Positions 47,093 to 55,724 of a DNA stretch of 64,000 bases are shown here, in pieces (the first letter of the stretch is position 1; every line of letters starts with the position of its first letter). The notes under the pieces were generated by a model. The model did no database searches. It was not told where the DNA came from and was given only the letters and a program-made list of their open reading frames with translations. Position numbers and translations under genes: made by a program. Source of the DNA: Trueperaceae bacterium (GTDB lineage Bacteria; Deinococcota; Deinococci; Deinococcales; Trueperaceae); NCBI GenBank assembly GCA_965213925.1, contig OZ243927.1, positions 544,001 to 608,000 on the forward strand, given 5' to 3'.

Positions 47093-47699
47093 GATGCTCC
47101 TCTAGTTCCGCTTCTAAGTGTGACACGTCCCCTACCGTTTCGATGAGCGTCAGTTCCTCCTCTAAGCGCAACTTGGTCACGCTCGTATTTCCGAACAGAA
47201 AGTGCCAGTCCAGCGAGTGAGGCGGCTTTATAATGGAAAGTATAGAGGCGCGAATCGTGCCGCCATGCGAAAACGCAACGATGCGCCCTTCGGGAGGCAA
47301 CGACCCTAACCACGCCCTCACCCTCGTCTGCAAATCCGTCCAAGATTCGCCCTGTGGTAGAGCAACGTTGTAAGGGTCAGCGCGGTGCGCCTCATAAGCG
47401 TAGCGCTCATCCTCGGTAAATTTTGCGTGCGTTTTGCCCTCCAACGTACCAAAGCTTATCTCACGCAGCCGCTTGTCCAGACAGATATCGCGTTTACCGA
47501 CGACGATTTTCGCTGTATGATGCGCTCTCTTCGAGTCCGAAGCATAAACCCTATCAAAGCGCTGAGAGGTCAAGCGTTCAGCCAACCTTTTCGCCTGCTG
47601 CACACCTAAAGCGTTGAGAGGCACGTCCGTTTGCCCCTGGATGCGGCGCTCTCTATTCCAGTCGGTTTCGCCGTGTCGTATGAGCCATAGGTCTAACAC
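47085..47699 (-). CDS. Histidine phosphatase (CobC-like paralog)
   Basis: LIRHGETDWN, LREISFG.LEG, GES, SHGG. Confidence 0.88.
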   Translation of the reverse strand: MLDLWLIRHGETDWNRERRIQGQTDVPLNALGVQQAKRLAERLTSQRFDRVYASDSKRAHHTAKIVVGKRDICLDKRLREISFGTLEGKTHAKFTEDERYAYEAHRADPYNVALPQGESWTDLQTRVRAWLGSLPPEGRIVAFSHGGTIRASILSIIKPPHSLDWHFLFGNTSVTKLRLEEELTLIETVGDVSHLEAELEEHHA

Positions 47700-47821
47700 G
47701 TTTGTTACTGTATCAGCTACAGGATAGTGTAATGTTTACCTGAATTTGAAGAAGCTCGTCAGCGCTTCAGCATTTCAGGTTTTCCTGACGAGCTGATACG
47801 CTGAAGTGCTACCCTAGCCTC

Positions 47822-48811
47822 ATGAACCTCCGTCCTCTCGGCAAAACGGACCTCAGGGTCTCCCCGCTCGGTTTAGGGCTCGCGGCGCTAGGCAGACCGG
47901 GCTACATCAACTTGGGACATGCAGAAGACCTGGAGCGCGACTACGACGTGGACGCGGTGAGAGAGCACGCGCACAGGGTGCTGGATACCGCTTACAAGAA
48001 CGGCGTCCGCTACTTCGACGCGGCGCGTTCTTACGGCCGCGCTGAGGCGTTTTTGGGAAGCTGGCTCGAGTCGAGACGTTTTGACGGTTGCGTTGTAGGC
48101 TCTAAATGGGGCTACACCTACACGGCAGCTTGGCAGGTGGACGCGGACGAGCATGAGGTCAAGGAGCATTCGCGGACCAAGCTGGATGAGCAGTGGCAGG
48201 AGAGCCGAGCCCTGTTGGGGAAGCACCTCAACCTCTATCAGATTCATTCGGCCAAGCTCGAGACCGGCGTTTTGAACAACACAGATGTTTTAGAAGGACT
48301 TGCAAAGATTAAGGCGTCGGGCGTTCATGTCGGTTTGTCGCTTAGCGGTCCGTCACAAGCGCAAACGTTGGAAAAAGCGTCAGAGGTCGAAGTTGACGGC
48401 GAAAAGCTCTTCAGCACCGTGCAGGCGACGTGGAACGTGCTCGAGCCCTCCGCAGGTGACCTACTCGAGATTGCCCATGGCGAAGGGTTGGGCGTCATCA
48501 TCAAAGAAGGCTTAGCGAACGGGCGGCTCACCCGCCGCAACGACGCGCCTGGGTTTGCCGATAAGCTGAAGGTTCTTAAAGAACAAGCTGAGAGGTTGGA
48601 GACGACGGTCGAGAGCTTGGCGCTGGCAGCAATTTTGCAGCAACCCTGGGTGGGTATCGTCCTGAGCGGGGCGGCGCGAGAAGAGCACCTGCTCGAGAAC
48701 CTAAACGCGACCCGTGTTTCTTTAGACGAAGAAGCAGCGCGCGCACTCGCGCAACTCGCCGAGCCGCCCGAAGCGTATTGGCAGACGCGCTCGAGCCTCG
48801 CTTGGACGTAA
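47822..48811 (+). CDS. Aldo/keto reductase
   Basis: LGLG.AALGRPGYI, YFDAARSYGRAE, SKWG, LYQIHS; leaderless TACCCT-N6-ATG. Confidence 0.9.
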   Translation: MNLRPLGKTDLRVSPLGLGLAALGRPGYINLGHAEDLERDYDVDAVREHAHRVLDTAYKNGVRYFDAARSYGRAEAFLGSWLESRRFDGCVVGSKWGYTYTAAWQVDADEHEVKEHSRTKLDEQWQESRALLGKHLNLYQIHSAKLETGVLNNTDVLEGLAKIKASGVHVGLSLSGPSQAQTLEKASEVEVDGEKLFSTVQATWNVLEPSAGDLLEIAHGEGLGVIIKEGLANGRLTRRNDAPGFADKLKVLKEQAERLETTVESLALAAILQQPWVGIVLSGAAREEHLLENLNATRVSLDEEAARALAQLAEPPEAYWQTRSSLAWT

Positions 48812-48895
48812 CGAATATCGGTAGCTTCGGCACCTGCTATGAAGCCTTGACTCTTCCGTAACAGTAGACTTCACACTAGGCTAAAGGAGACACAC

Positions 48896-50092
48896 ATGGA
48901 CCAACCTTCAGCCACACGTTCACCTCTCACACGCCGAACCTTCTTGAGACGCACAGGCGCAGGTATGCTCGTCCTTGCTGCAGGCGGCACCTACCGCGCC
49001 GTGGACCAGGGCGTCTTCGCGTCAGGTCAAGGTGAAGCGTATGAACCCTGGCGCGAGTGGCGCACCCAACCGGAGCTGGGACCCCTGCGCCTCGTCCAAT
49101 CCGCCATCTTAGCGGCGAACCCGCACAACACGCAGCCCTGGCTCTTCCGCGTTCGGGAGGGCAGCGTCGAGCTTTTCGCAAACACCTCGAGACATCTAGG
49201 CGCGATGGACCCCTTTTTACGCGAGATGCACCTTGGGCTCGGCTGTGCGCTAGAAAATATGATGCTCACGGCGAGAGCGGAGGGGTATGAGGTGGATTTG
49301 AGGCTCGAGCCCGGCACCCTTAGCGGACCCTCTGAGGCAGAGTTCATCAAGGTTGCGACGCTCAACCTCTCGCCCGCCGAGAAGGAAACCTCCCCTCTTT
49401 ACGCCGCCGTCCCGGAGCGACACACGGACCGCTCGAGCTACGCGCCACAAGAGGTCGAAGCGGAGAAGTTGGAGGAGATGAGGGCGCTTACCGGAGCGGA
49501 CACCAGACTCTTTCTCTTCCAAGCGGGGACTGCATTTAATACCTTTGCTGAGGAGACGATTAAAGCAACAGAAACGATTATTGCCGATAAGATCATGTCT
49601 CGAGACTCCCACGCCTGGTTCGATAAGAACTGGCAAGAGGTCCAGCAGGGCAAGGACGGACCGTATATCGACACCTCGGGCGTCTCGCCGCTGCTTCGCG
49701 CCGCCGTAAAGATGTTGCCGCCCACCTCGGACAAGATGCTTGATGACGGGTGGCTCAGTGGCACCAAAACAACCTTACCCGCTACGCCCGTGCTCGGCCT
49801 ACTCGCCGTTCGTGACCTCTACAACAAGCCACAAACCTTGAATGCAGGGCGCGTGTGGCAGCGGCTCCACTTATGGATGAGCGCGAACGGGCTCGCAGCG
49901 CAACCTGTGAATCAGATGCTCGAGGTCGTAGACCGTCAGCGTCAGCTAGGGCAGAGAGCGCGGATGGCGAACGTCGTTGACGAACTTACAGGCGGTCCCG
50001 CCTGGCGTCCCACCTTCGCCTTTCGCTTGGGCTATCCGAATACAGGTGTGCTGCCGAGTGCCCGCCGCCCTGTGAGTGAGGTACTTGTTTGA
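48896..50092 (+). CDS. Acg-family FMN-binding nitroreductase-like protein with Tat-like signal
   Basis: TRRTFL twin-arginine motif, LAANPHNTQPW, GCALEN, RHTDR, GR.WQRLHL, FRLGY. Confidence 0.85.
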   Translation: MDQPSATRSPLTRRTFLRRTGAGMLVLAAGGTYRAVDQGVFASGQGEAYEPWREWRTQPELGPLRLVQSAILAANPHNTQPWLFRVREGSVELFANTSRHLGAMDPFLREMHLGLGCALENMMLTARAEGYEVDLRLEPGTLSGPSEAEFIKVATLNLSPAEKETSPLYAAVPERHTDRSSYAPQEVEAEKLEEMRALTGADTRLFLFQAGTAFNTFAEETIKATETIIADKIMSRDSHAWFDKNWQEVQQGKDGPYIDTSGVSPLLRAAVKMLPPTSDKMLDDGWLSGTKTTLPATPVLGLLAVRDLYNKPQTLNAGRVWQRLHLWMSANGLAAQPVNQMLEVVDRQRQLGQRARMANVVDELTGGPAWRPTFAFRLGYPNTGVLPSARRPVSEVLV

Positions 50093-50208
50093 TTCCAGTA
50101 TGAGCGTTTGCGACTAAGAACTCGCAAGCTTGATTATTCGGATGAGCAAAAACTATGCTTTAGTCGCACAACTCTAAGACAGGTCAAAACTTCACCAAAC
50201 TACTTCTT

Positions 50209-50244
50209 GAGGGGCGACAGCTTATTGCGTCGTCCTCTTCTTTG
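50209..50244 (+). terminator. Probable Rho-independent terminator
   Basis: GAGGGGCGAC...GTCGTCCTC followed by TTCTTT. Confidence 0.5.
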
Positions 50245-50509
50245 CTGAACCATGCCTTTTATGTTCAGATAGAGGTTCTTTCCAGTTTAGGTTACTTCGG
50301 TGCACCTGCTTGCATGTGAAATATCTACACAAAAAATTAACATAAAAAGCATATTCTATAAACGTTTAGGAATGTTAAATCTTTCCTAAAGGTTTTTACA
50401 ACGCGCTGTCACAAGGTCCTAATTTAGACGATTTATAGTGAGGGTCAAGAGAGCGTAAAAATCACGTCTACGACACAATTTTCGCCTTCTTAAAACACGC
50501 TAGCCCCTC

Positions 50510-50538
50510 TTGACATGCCTTAATATATAAGGTAAAAT
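50510..50538 (+). promoter_or_regulatory. Sigma-70 promoter of the Crp/Fnr gene
   Basis: TTGACA-17 nt-TAAAAT; spacer contains the near-palindrome CCTTAATATATAAGG. Confidence 0.75.
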
Positions 50539-50678
50539 CATTAACAGATAGAGGCATATTCCTCCTACTCAGGTAGAGCGCTGAAAAACCACCTGAGCTA
50601 ACCCCTTCAAATTTTTCTTCATACCCTTCCTTAAAAGCTCTAACCCTTACACCCTACATTCAAGAAAGGTCTACACCT

Positions 50679-51347
50679 ATGCTAGACACCCATACTACAG
50701 ACCTAGGCTTCTCCCCCAACGTCGTCCCAAATACCTTGGCGCTTCCTACCCGTACCCTCGAGATCGACGATGTTTTGTACGAAGAAGGACGCGACGCCAG
50801 CTCGCTCTATATCGTCAATAGCGGCGTTTTGAAAGCTGTCGTCCCGACCTCAGTTGGCAAAGAGCGCATCGCCGACCTCTACGGTCCCGGTGACGTCATC
50901 GGTACCGCCGCTTTGGACGGTGGTCAGCACGCCGAGACCGTCGTCGCTGTGCACGACGCCGACCTCACCCCCGTCGACCCACAGCAAGCGATGGGCGACC
51001 GCCGGTTGCGCGACTACATCATGCGCAGCCTAGCGCGGCAACTGCGCAGCAGCCGCGAAGCGATCGACGACGCCGAGCTGCCCGTCGGTGCTCGCGTCAC
51101 CCGCGCCTTCTTGCGCTTAGCCGAGCGTTTCGGTCAGGGCGCGGACGGTCAAGAGGGCGTCAAACTCCCGCTCGCGCTGACGCACGAAGATTTGGCGTCG
51201 CTGACGGGTTCCTCTCGCGTGACTATCACCCGCATCTTAGGTGAGCTTCGCAACGACGGTGCGCTCACCGGCACGCGCGGCGTGTACGTCGCTAACCCGA
51301 AAGGTTTAGAAGCCGCGACTGATCACTACGTGATGCAAGTTCTCTAA
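50679..51347 (+). CDS. Crp/Fnr family transcriptional regulator
   Basis: LY.V.SG.LK, GPGD.IG cNMP domain; LTHEDLASLTGSSRVTITRILGEL HTH. Confidence 0.92.
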   Translation: MLDTHTTDLGFSPNVVPNTLALPTRTLEIDDVLYEEGRDASSLYIVNSGVLKAVVPTSVGKERIADLYGPGDVIGTAALDGGQHAETVVAVHDADLTPVDPQQAMGDRRLRDYIMRSLARQLRSSREAIDDAELPVGARVTRAFLRLAERFGQGADGQEGVKLPLALTHEDLASLTGSSRVTITRILGELRNDGALTGTRGVYVANPKGLEAATDHYVMQVL

Positions 51348-51360
51348 AGTCTGAACTTCA

Positions 51361-51399
51361 AAGCGAAAGACCCCGCCAAGTGCGGGGTCTTTCGCTTTA
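51361..51399 (+). terminator. Rho-independent terminator
   Basis: AAGCGAAAGACCCCGC-caagt-GCGGGGTCTTTCGCTT. Confidence 0.85.
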
Positions 51400-51436
51400 T
51401 ACAGGTCGTACTACAGTGTCAAGTAAAAATGAATCG

Positions 51437-51565
51437 TGTCATTCTGAACGTAGCGATAACGGAGTGAAAGAATCTCTGACCTTGCCTTCTCCACTGTCGG
51501 AGAGTGCGAAACGAGACCCCTCGACTTCGCAAGGCTTAACGCCCGACTGCGTGAACGGGGTGACA
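51437..51565. repeat. REP/MITE-like element, short copy
   Basis: TGTCATTCTGAAC...TGAAAGAATCT...ACGAGACCC...CGTGAACGGGGTGACA, colinear with 249-505. Confidence 0.7.
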
Positions 51566-51725
51566 ACGATGTTGTAAAACTTAATTGACAGTGTAGTACT
51601 CGCTTATCCGTAAACACTACACTGCACTTGTTCATCTCCGGCTGAGAAGATAGGTGCGAATAGCTGTTTTCCGCTCCAACTTCTACCTGAGAAACAAGCT
51701 TCGAGCCCTCCACAAAGCCCTTAGC

Positions 51726-52703
51726 TCAAGGCCCTATCGCAAACTCCAGCGCCCCCCGAAACCCATTCTTCCAATTCACCCAGTTATGCCCCGCGTGCCG
51801 CGTCTCGAACGTGTGCTCGTAGCCCTTTTCGTCCATCGCCTCAGCGACCTCTTTGTTGACGTCGGTGAGCCATTCTAACGTCCCCACGTCGTTATAGAAG
51901 CGAATCGGCTTGACCTCCTCGCTTTTGAGCGCGTCTAAAACCCACGAGTTTTCGTCCCAGAAGAAATCTCTCGACTCAGGCGTGCCCAAGTAGGCTCCTG
52001 AAAAGGCGACGACGGTGCCGAACACGTCCGGCTTGTCCCACGCTAAAAGCGTGCTCGCCAGACCGCCCAAACTCGCGCCCATCGCGACGCGCTCACCTGT
52101 TACCTCGAGCTTATCTTCGGCTAAAGGGATGACCTCTTCAAACACGAAGCGGCGGTAGGTTTCGTTGTAGCCATACTCTTTCGCGCGGTCCTTCGGCTCG
52201 ATAAAGACGAGGTGCGCGGGGCGGATGAGGTCGTCTTTGATCAGCTTCTCCAAAGTCAGATGGAGCTTGGCAAAGCGGTAAAAGGCGGTGCCGTCCTGGA
52301 CGTAGACGACGGGAAGCGGTTTATCTTCGTACCCGCTAGGCGTGTAGAGGCTCAGGCGGCGGGTTTGACCTAAGAGGTCGGAGTCGATTCGTTCCCGTTT
52401 CGTCTCGCCCACCTCCACCTCGTCCTCCTCAACGTCTGCGTACGGCTCGGCTTCGTACTCAGGACCGTAGACCGCGCTCACCTCGGGATACCAGATATTA
52501 TGCCCGCGTACTTCGTTCTCGGGGTCAGCCTTCATGTCGCCCTCAGCGTCCAAAAAAGCATATTCGAAGTACACGTCGTCGGGGAGGTTCAAGGAGAAGC
52601 TCGCGACCTTCTCCTTATTCACCTCATGCGGGTTCCTGTCCATATCGGTCAGGTCGGAAACGACGTGCGTCGCCCAGTCGGGAATCTGTATCTCTAGCTT
52701 CAT
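51726..52703 (-). CDS. Alpha/beta hydrolase (Fes-like esterase)
   Basis: YTP.GY, YVQDG, GASLGG nucleophile elbow, GHNW..W. Confidence 0.88.
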   Translation of the reverse strand: MKLEIQIPDWATHVVSDLTDMDRNPHEVNKEKVASFSLNLPDDVYFEYAFLDAEGDMKADPENEVRGHNIWYPEVSAVYGPEYEAEPYADVEEDEVEVGETKRERIDSDLLGQTRRLSLYTPSGYEDKPLPVVYVQDGTAFYRFAKLHLTLEKLIKDDLIRPAHLVFIEPKDRAKEYGYNETYRRFVFEEVIPLAEDKLEVTGERVAMGASLGGLASTLLAWDKPDVFGTVVAFSGAYLGTPESRDFFWDENSWVLDALKSEEVKPIRFYNDVGTLEWLTDVNKEVAEAMDEKGYEHTFETRHAGHNWVNWKNGFRGALEFAIGP

Positions 52704-52736
52704 GGTGGACAGTTTACCGAACTGTTATGTTAGGGG

Positions 52737-53903
52737 ATGGCACATCCTTTTGACCAGCTCGACAAAGAGACCTTACAAAAGAAGAACTGCATGAAGTGGC
52801 AGCGCTACGGGAGCGACGTGCTCCCCCTGTGGGTGGCGGACATGGACTTCCCCATCGCGGAGCCGATTCGCGAGTCGCTCTTAGAGTATGCGCAGGGTGA
52901 CAACTTCGGCTATCCGAAACCGGAGGGTCTGCCGGGGCTTAAAGAGGCGGTGCAGACGAGACTAGCGGAGCGCTATGGCTGGAGCGTCGAACCGGACGAC
53001 ATTCACCTCATTAATGGCATCGTGCCGGGGCTCTACTTAGGCGCATTAGGGTGCGCGAGCGCGGGCGAAGAGGTCATGATTCATACGCCCATCTATCCGC
53101 CTTTCATGTTGGCGATTAAGGACATGGGGCGAACACCCGTCTACAGTCAGCTCATCTTCACAGGCGATGACTGGACGGTCGACTTCGACAAGATGGAGGA
53201 GCAGATTACGCCCGCCACGCGCCTCATGATGCTCTGCAACCCGCACAACCCCACCGGGCGCGTCTTTCGCCGTGAGGAGTTGGAGCGCCTGGCTGACTTC
53301 GCCCTGCGCCACCGTTTGTGGGTCGTCTCGGACGAACTCCACAGCGACCTCGCCTACGAGGAGCACGAGCACATTCCCTTCGCCTCGCTGAGCGAAGAGG
53401 TCGCAGAGCGCACGGTGACGCTCTACGGTCCCACGAAGACCTTCAACATCGCCGGACTCAAAATCGGCTTTTTGATTTCACAAAATCAGCAGCTCTTAAA
53501 GCGCATGAAAGAGGTCGCGGGCTACTTGGTCGCGCCGCCCAACGTGATGGCGCAAACCGCGACGATTGCGGCGTACGAGCGTTCGCAGGAATGGTTTGAA
53601 AGTACGATGAACTATCTGGACGACAACCGCCACTTCGTCCACAACTTCCTAAACGAATACTTGCCACAGGTCAGGCACCTGATGCCCGAGGGGACATACC
53701 TCAGTTTTATGGACTTCAGCGCATTGGACATTGGCAAGGATTTGTATGACTTCTTGTTGGAGGACTGCAAAGTCGGCTTGAACAAGGGTCCGGCGTACGG
53801 TCCGGGCGGCGAGGGCTTCACGCGGCTGAACTTCGCCACCTCTCGCTCGATTGTAGAGGAGGCGCTAGAGCGGATTAAGCGCGGCGTCGAGCAGCGGGTG
53901 TAA
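52737..53903 (+). CDS. MalY/PatB family PLP-dependent C-S lyase
   Basis: PLWVADMDF, CNPHNPTGR, SDELH.D, PTKTFNIAGL, EGTYL, RLNFA. Confidence 0.92.
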   Translation: MAHPFDQLDKETLQKKNCMKWQRYGSDVLPLWVADMDFPIAEPIRESLLEYAQGDNFGYPKPEGLPGLKEAVQTRLAERYGWSVEPDDIHLINGIVPGLYLGALGCASAGEEVMIHTPIYPPFMLAIKDMGRTPVYSQLIFTGDDWTVDFDKMEEQITPATRLMMLCNPHNPTGRVFRREELERLADFALRHRLWVVSDELHSDLAYEEHEHIPFASLSEEVAERTVTLYGPTKTFNIAGLKIGFLISQNQQLLKRMKEVAGYLVAPPNVMAQTATIAAYERSQEWFESTMNYLDDNRHFVHNFLNEYLPQVRHLMPEGTYLSFMDFSALDIGKDLYDFLLEDCKVGLNKGPAYGPGGEGFTRLNFATSRSIVEEALERIKRGVEQRV

Positions 53904-53906
53904 GCC

Positions 53907-54407
53907 TTGGATTTCAAGCGATATATCAGAGAGATGGTGGGGCGAAACCGTTACGACTTCACGCCTCTTTTTGCGGACGCCTTCGTGTTCGAGCAGGCGA
54001 CGAAGGCTTTGACTGAGCCGTTCTTAAACAGCAGCGTTGAGAAAGTCGCCGCGCTCGATGCGCTCGGCTTTACGCTAGGCGGCAGCGTCGCCTCTAAGCT
54101 CGAGGCTGGTCTCGTTCTCGTTCGCAAAGAGGGCAAGATTCCTTGGAACACTGTGAGCACGAAAATTACAGACTACAGCGGTGAGGTGAAGGGGCTCGAG
54201 CTTGCCGAAGACGCAGTACAACCAGGCGAGCGCGTCCTTATCGTAGATGACTGGTCAGAAACGGGCGCGCAGCTTAGGGCAGCGGTTGAACTCATTAGAA
54301 GTTTAAGAGGTCACGTAATTGGTGTTGCACTCATTGGTTGTGATGAAGAGGTCAAAGAACTCCCGGAGCTAAGCGCACTTCAGTTCAACTCTTTAGTCTT
54401 CGACTGA
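53907..54407 (+). CDS. Type I phosphoribosyltransferase (APRT-like)
   Basis: LDALGF, VRKEGK, VLIVDDWSETG PRPP loop. Confidence 0.8.
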   Translation: MDFKRYIREMVGRNRYDFTPLFADAFVFEQATKALTEPFLNSSVEKVAALDALGFTLGGSVASKLEAGLVLVRKEGKIPWNTVSTKITDYSGEVKGLELAEDAVQPGERVLIVDDWSETGAQLRAAVELIRSLRGHVIGVALIGCDEEVKELPELSALQFNSLVFD

Positions 54408-54496
54408 AAGCTCACTGATAAGTGGCAGAATAAGGACATCGCTAAAACCAAACGCATCATTGAAAAGTTGGGGCGCAAACTCTCAGGAGGTGACAG

Positions 54497-54766
54497 ATGA
54501 AGCCGGTACTCGAGGAACTAGAGAAGTCGATTGCGAAATTCCAAGATGAGCTTCTTGAAGATGCCGATACGTTCAGAGCGTCGTTAGAGGCGTTTAGAGA
54601 AACAGAGGTGGAGCGCGGCAGCGACGAATACTACACGCTATATGGCAACATGTACGCAAACCTCACGCAACTGAAGAATTCCGCTGAAACCGTGCAGGAA
54701 TACATGGATCAAGCGGACGATTTAGCAGATATGATCGAGAATCTGCCTAGAGATAAGGTCGCGTAG
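54497..54766 (+). CDS. Small acidic helical hypothetical protein
   Basis: 89-aa ORF with strong AGGAGGT RBS. Confidence 0.65.
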   Translation: MKPVLEELEKSIAKFQDELLEDADTFRASLEAFRETEVERGSDEYYTLYGNMYANLTQLKNSAETVQEYMDQADDLADMIENLPRDKVA

Positions 54767-54799
54767 CATCCTTATCATCCACATTCTGAGCGCACGCTG

Positions 54800-55483
54800 A
54801 TGTTTGATCCTTTTCCTGAAGACCTCGAGCACTGCACCCGCTGCCCCAGACTCGCCGAATACCGTCAAGAGGTCGCGCAGAAAAAGCGTCGCGCTTATCA
54901 GGGTGAGGACTATTGGGGCAAACCCGTGCCCGGCTTCGGCGACGAGGACGCGCACATCCTCCTCTTAGGGCTCGCGCCGGGCGCGCACGGCAGCAACCGC
55001 ACCGGGCGGATGTTTACGGGCGACGGCAGCGGTAACTTCCTCTTTCCGGCGCTTTTCCGCACAGGCTTTGCGAATCGGCCGGACTCGAGGCGTAGAGGGG
55101 ATGGTTTGACGCTCCGAGACATGTGGATTAGCGCGGCGTGCCGCTGTGTGCCGCCCGGTAATAAACCCGCGCGGCAAGAGGTGCTGAACTGCCAGGGGTG
55201 GCTGGAACATGACTTTGACGGGCTGAGGAACTTACAACTCGTCTTAGCCCTCGGGTCTATCGCGCATGACAGCTATTTGGAACTGCTCAAGGCTGAGGGA
55301 AAAGAGATTACTAAAGCCCGCTACAGGTTTGCGCACGGCGCACTTCACGAGATAGAGGGTGCGTTACCCATGCTGGACAGCTATCACGTCAGCATTCAAA
55401 ATACGAACACGGGCAAACTCACGCCGAAAATGTTCGACGCGGTGTTGGAGCGGGCTAAGGCGTTCGTCACCTCTTTAGGGTAG
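54800..55483 (+). CDS. Uracil-DNA glycosylase family 5 (UdgB-like, Fe-S)
   Basis: CTRCPRL, YWGKPVPGFGD, GLAPGAHGSNRTGRMFTGD.SG, RC.PP.NKP, SYH.S.QNT.TG.LT. Confidence 0.92.
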   Translation: MFDPFPEDLEHCTRCPRLAEYRQEVAQKKRRAYQGEDYWGKPVPGFGDEDAHILLLGLAPGAHGSNRTGRMFTGDGSGNFLFPALFRTGFANRPDSRRRGDGLTLRDMWISAACRCVPPGNKPARQEVLNCQGWLEHDFDGLRNLQLVLALGSIAHDSYLELLKAEGKEITKARYRFAHGALHEIEGALPMLDSYHVSIQNTNTGKLTPKMFDAVLERAKAFVTSLG

Positions 55484-55488
55484 CGCAT

Positions 55489-55585
55489 AAAGAAGCAGAG
55501 CGACCCCGCCGGACGATAGCTCAACCGCTTTCGCCGGGGGGTAGTAGCGGCTAAGCTATCTCTACCGCCGAGCACCGCCCTGCAC
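55489..55585 (-). ncRNA. Candidate ~95-nt rod-like small RNA of unknown family
   Basis: 15-bp stem (55546-55560 with 55515-55529) and outer stem pair fully, using G-U, only on the minus strand; TATACT at 55591-55596 upstream; U-rich 3' end. Confidence 0.55.
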
Positions 55586-55724
55586 TAAGGAGTATAGGAA
55601 ATACAGTTTCTCTAAACTCACTCTCGCGCCACAGAACGTGCGCAGCGAACTCCTTTCTAACGGTGCTGAGCCGACGCGCTCTCAACATAGGAAACGCTTA
55701 TTTGCGGGTATAATTCTGAGTACT

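Noticed and set aside
50245..50545. DdrO/RDRM radiation-response operator
   Set aside because: Only half-site-like matches (TTATGTT, AGCGTAA); no full 17-bp palindrome
55489..55585. SRP RNA (ffs) on the plus strand
   Set aside because: AACC...GGTAGTAGC...TAAG is superficially similar, but the conserved CAGG and GNRA tetraloop core are absent and pairing favours the minus strand
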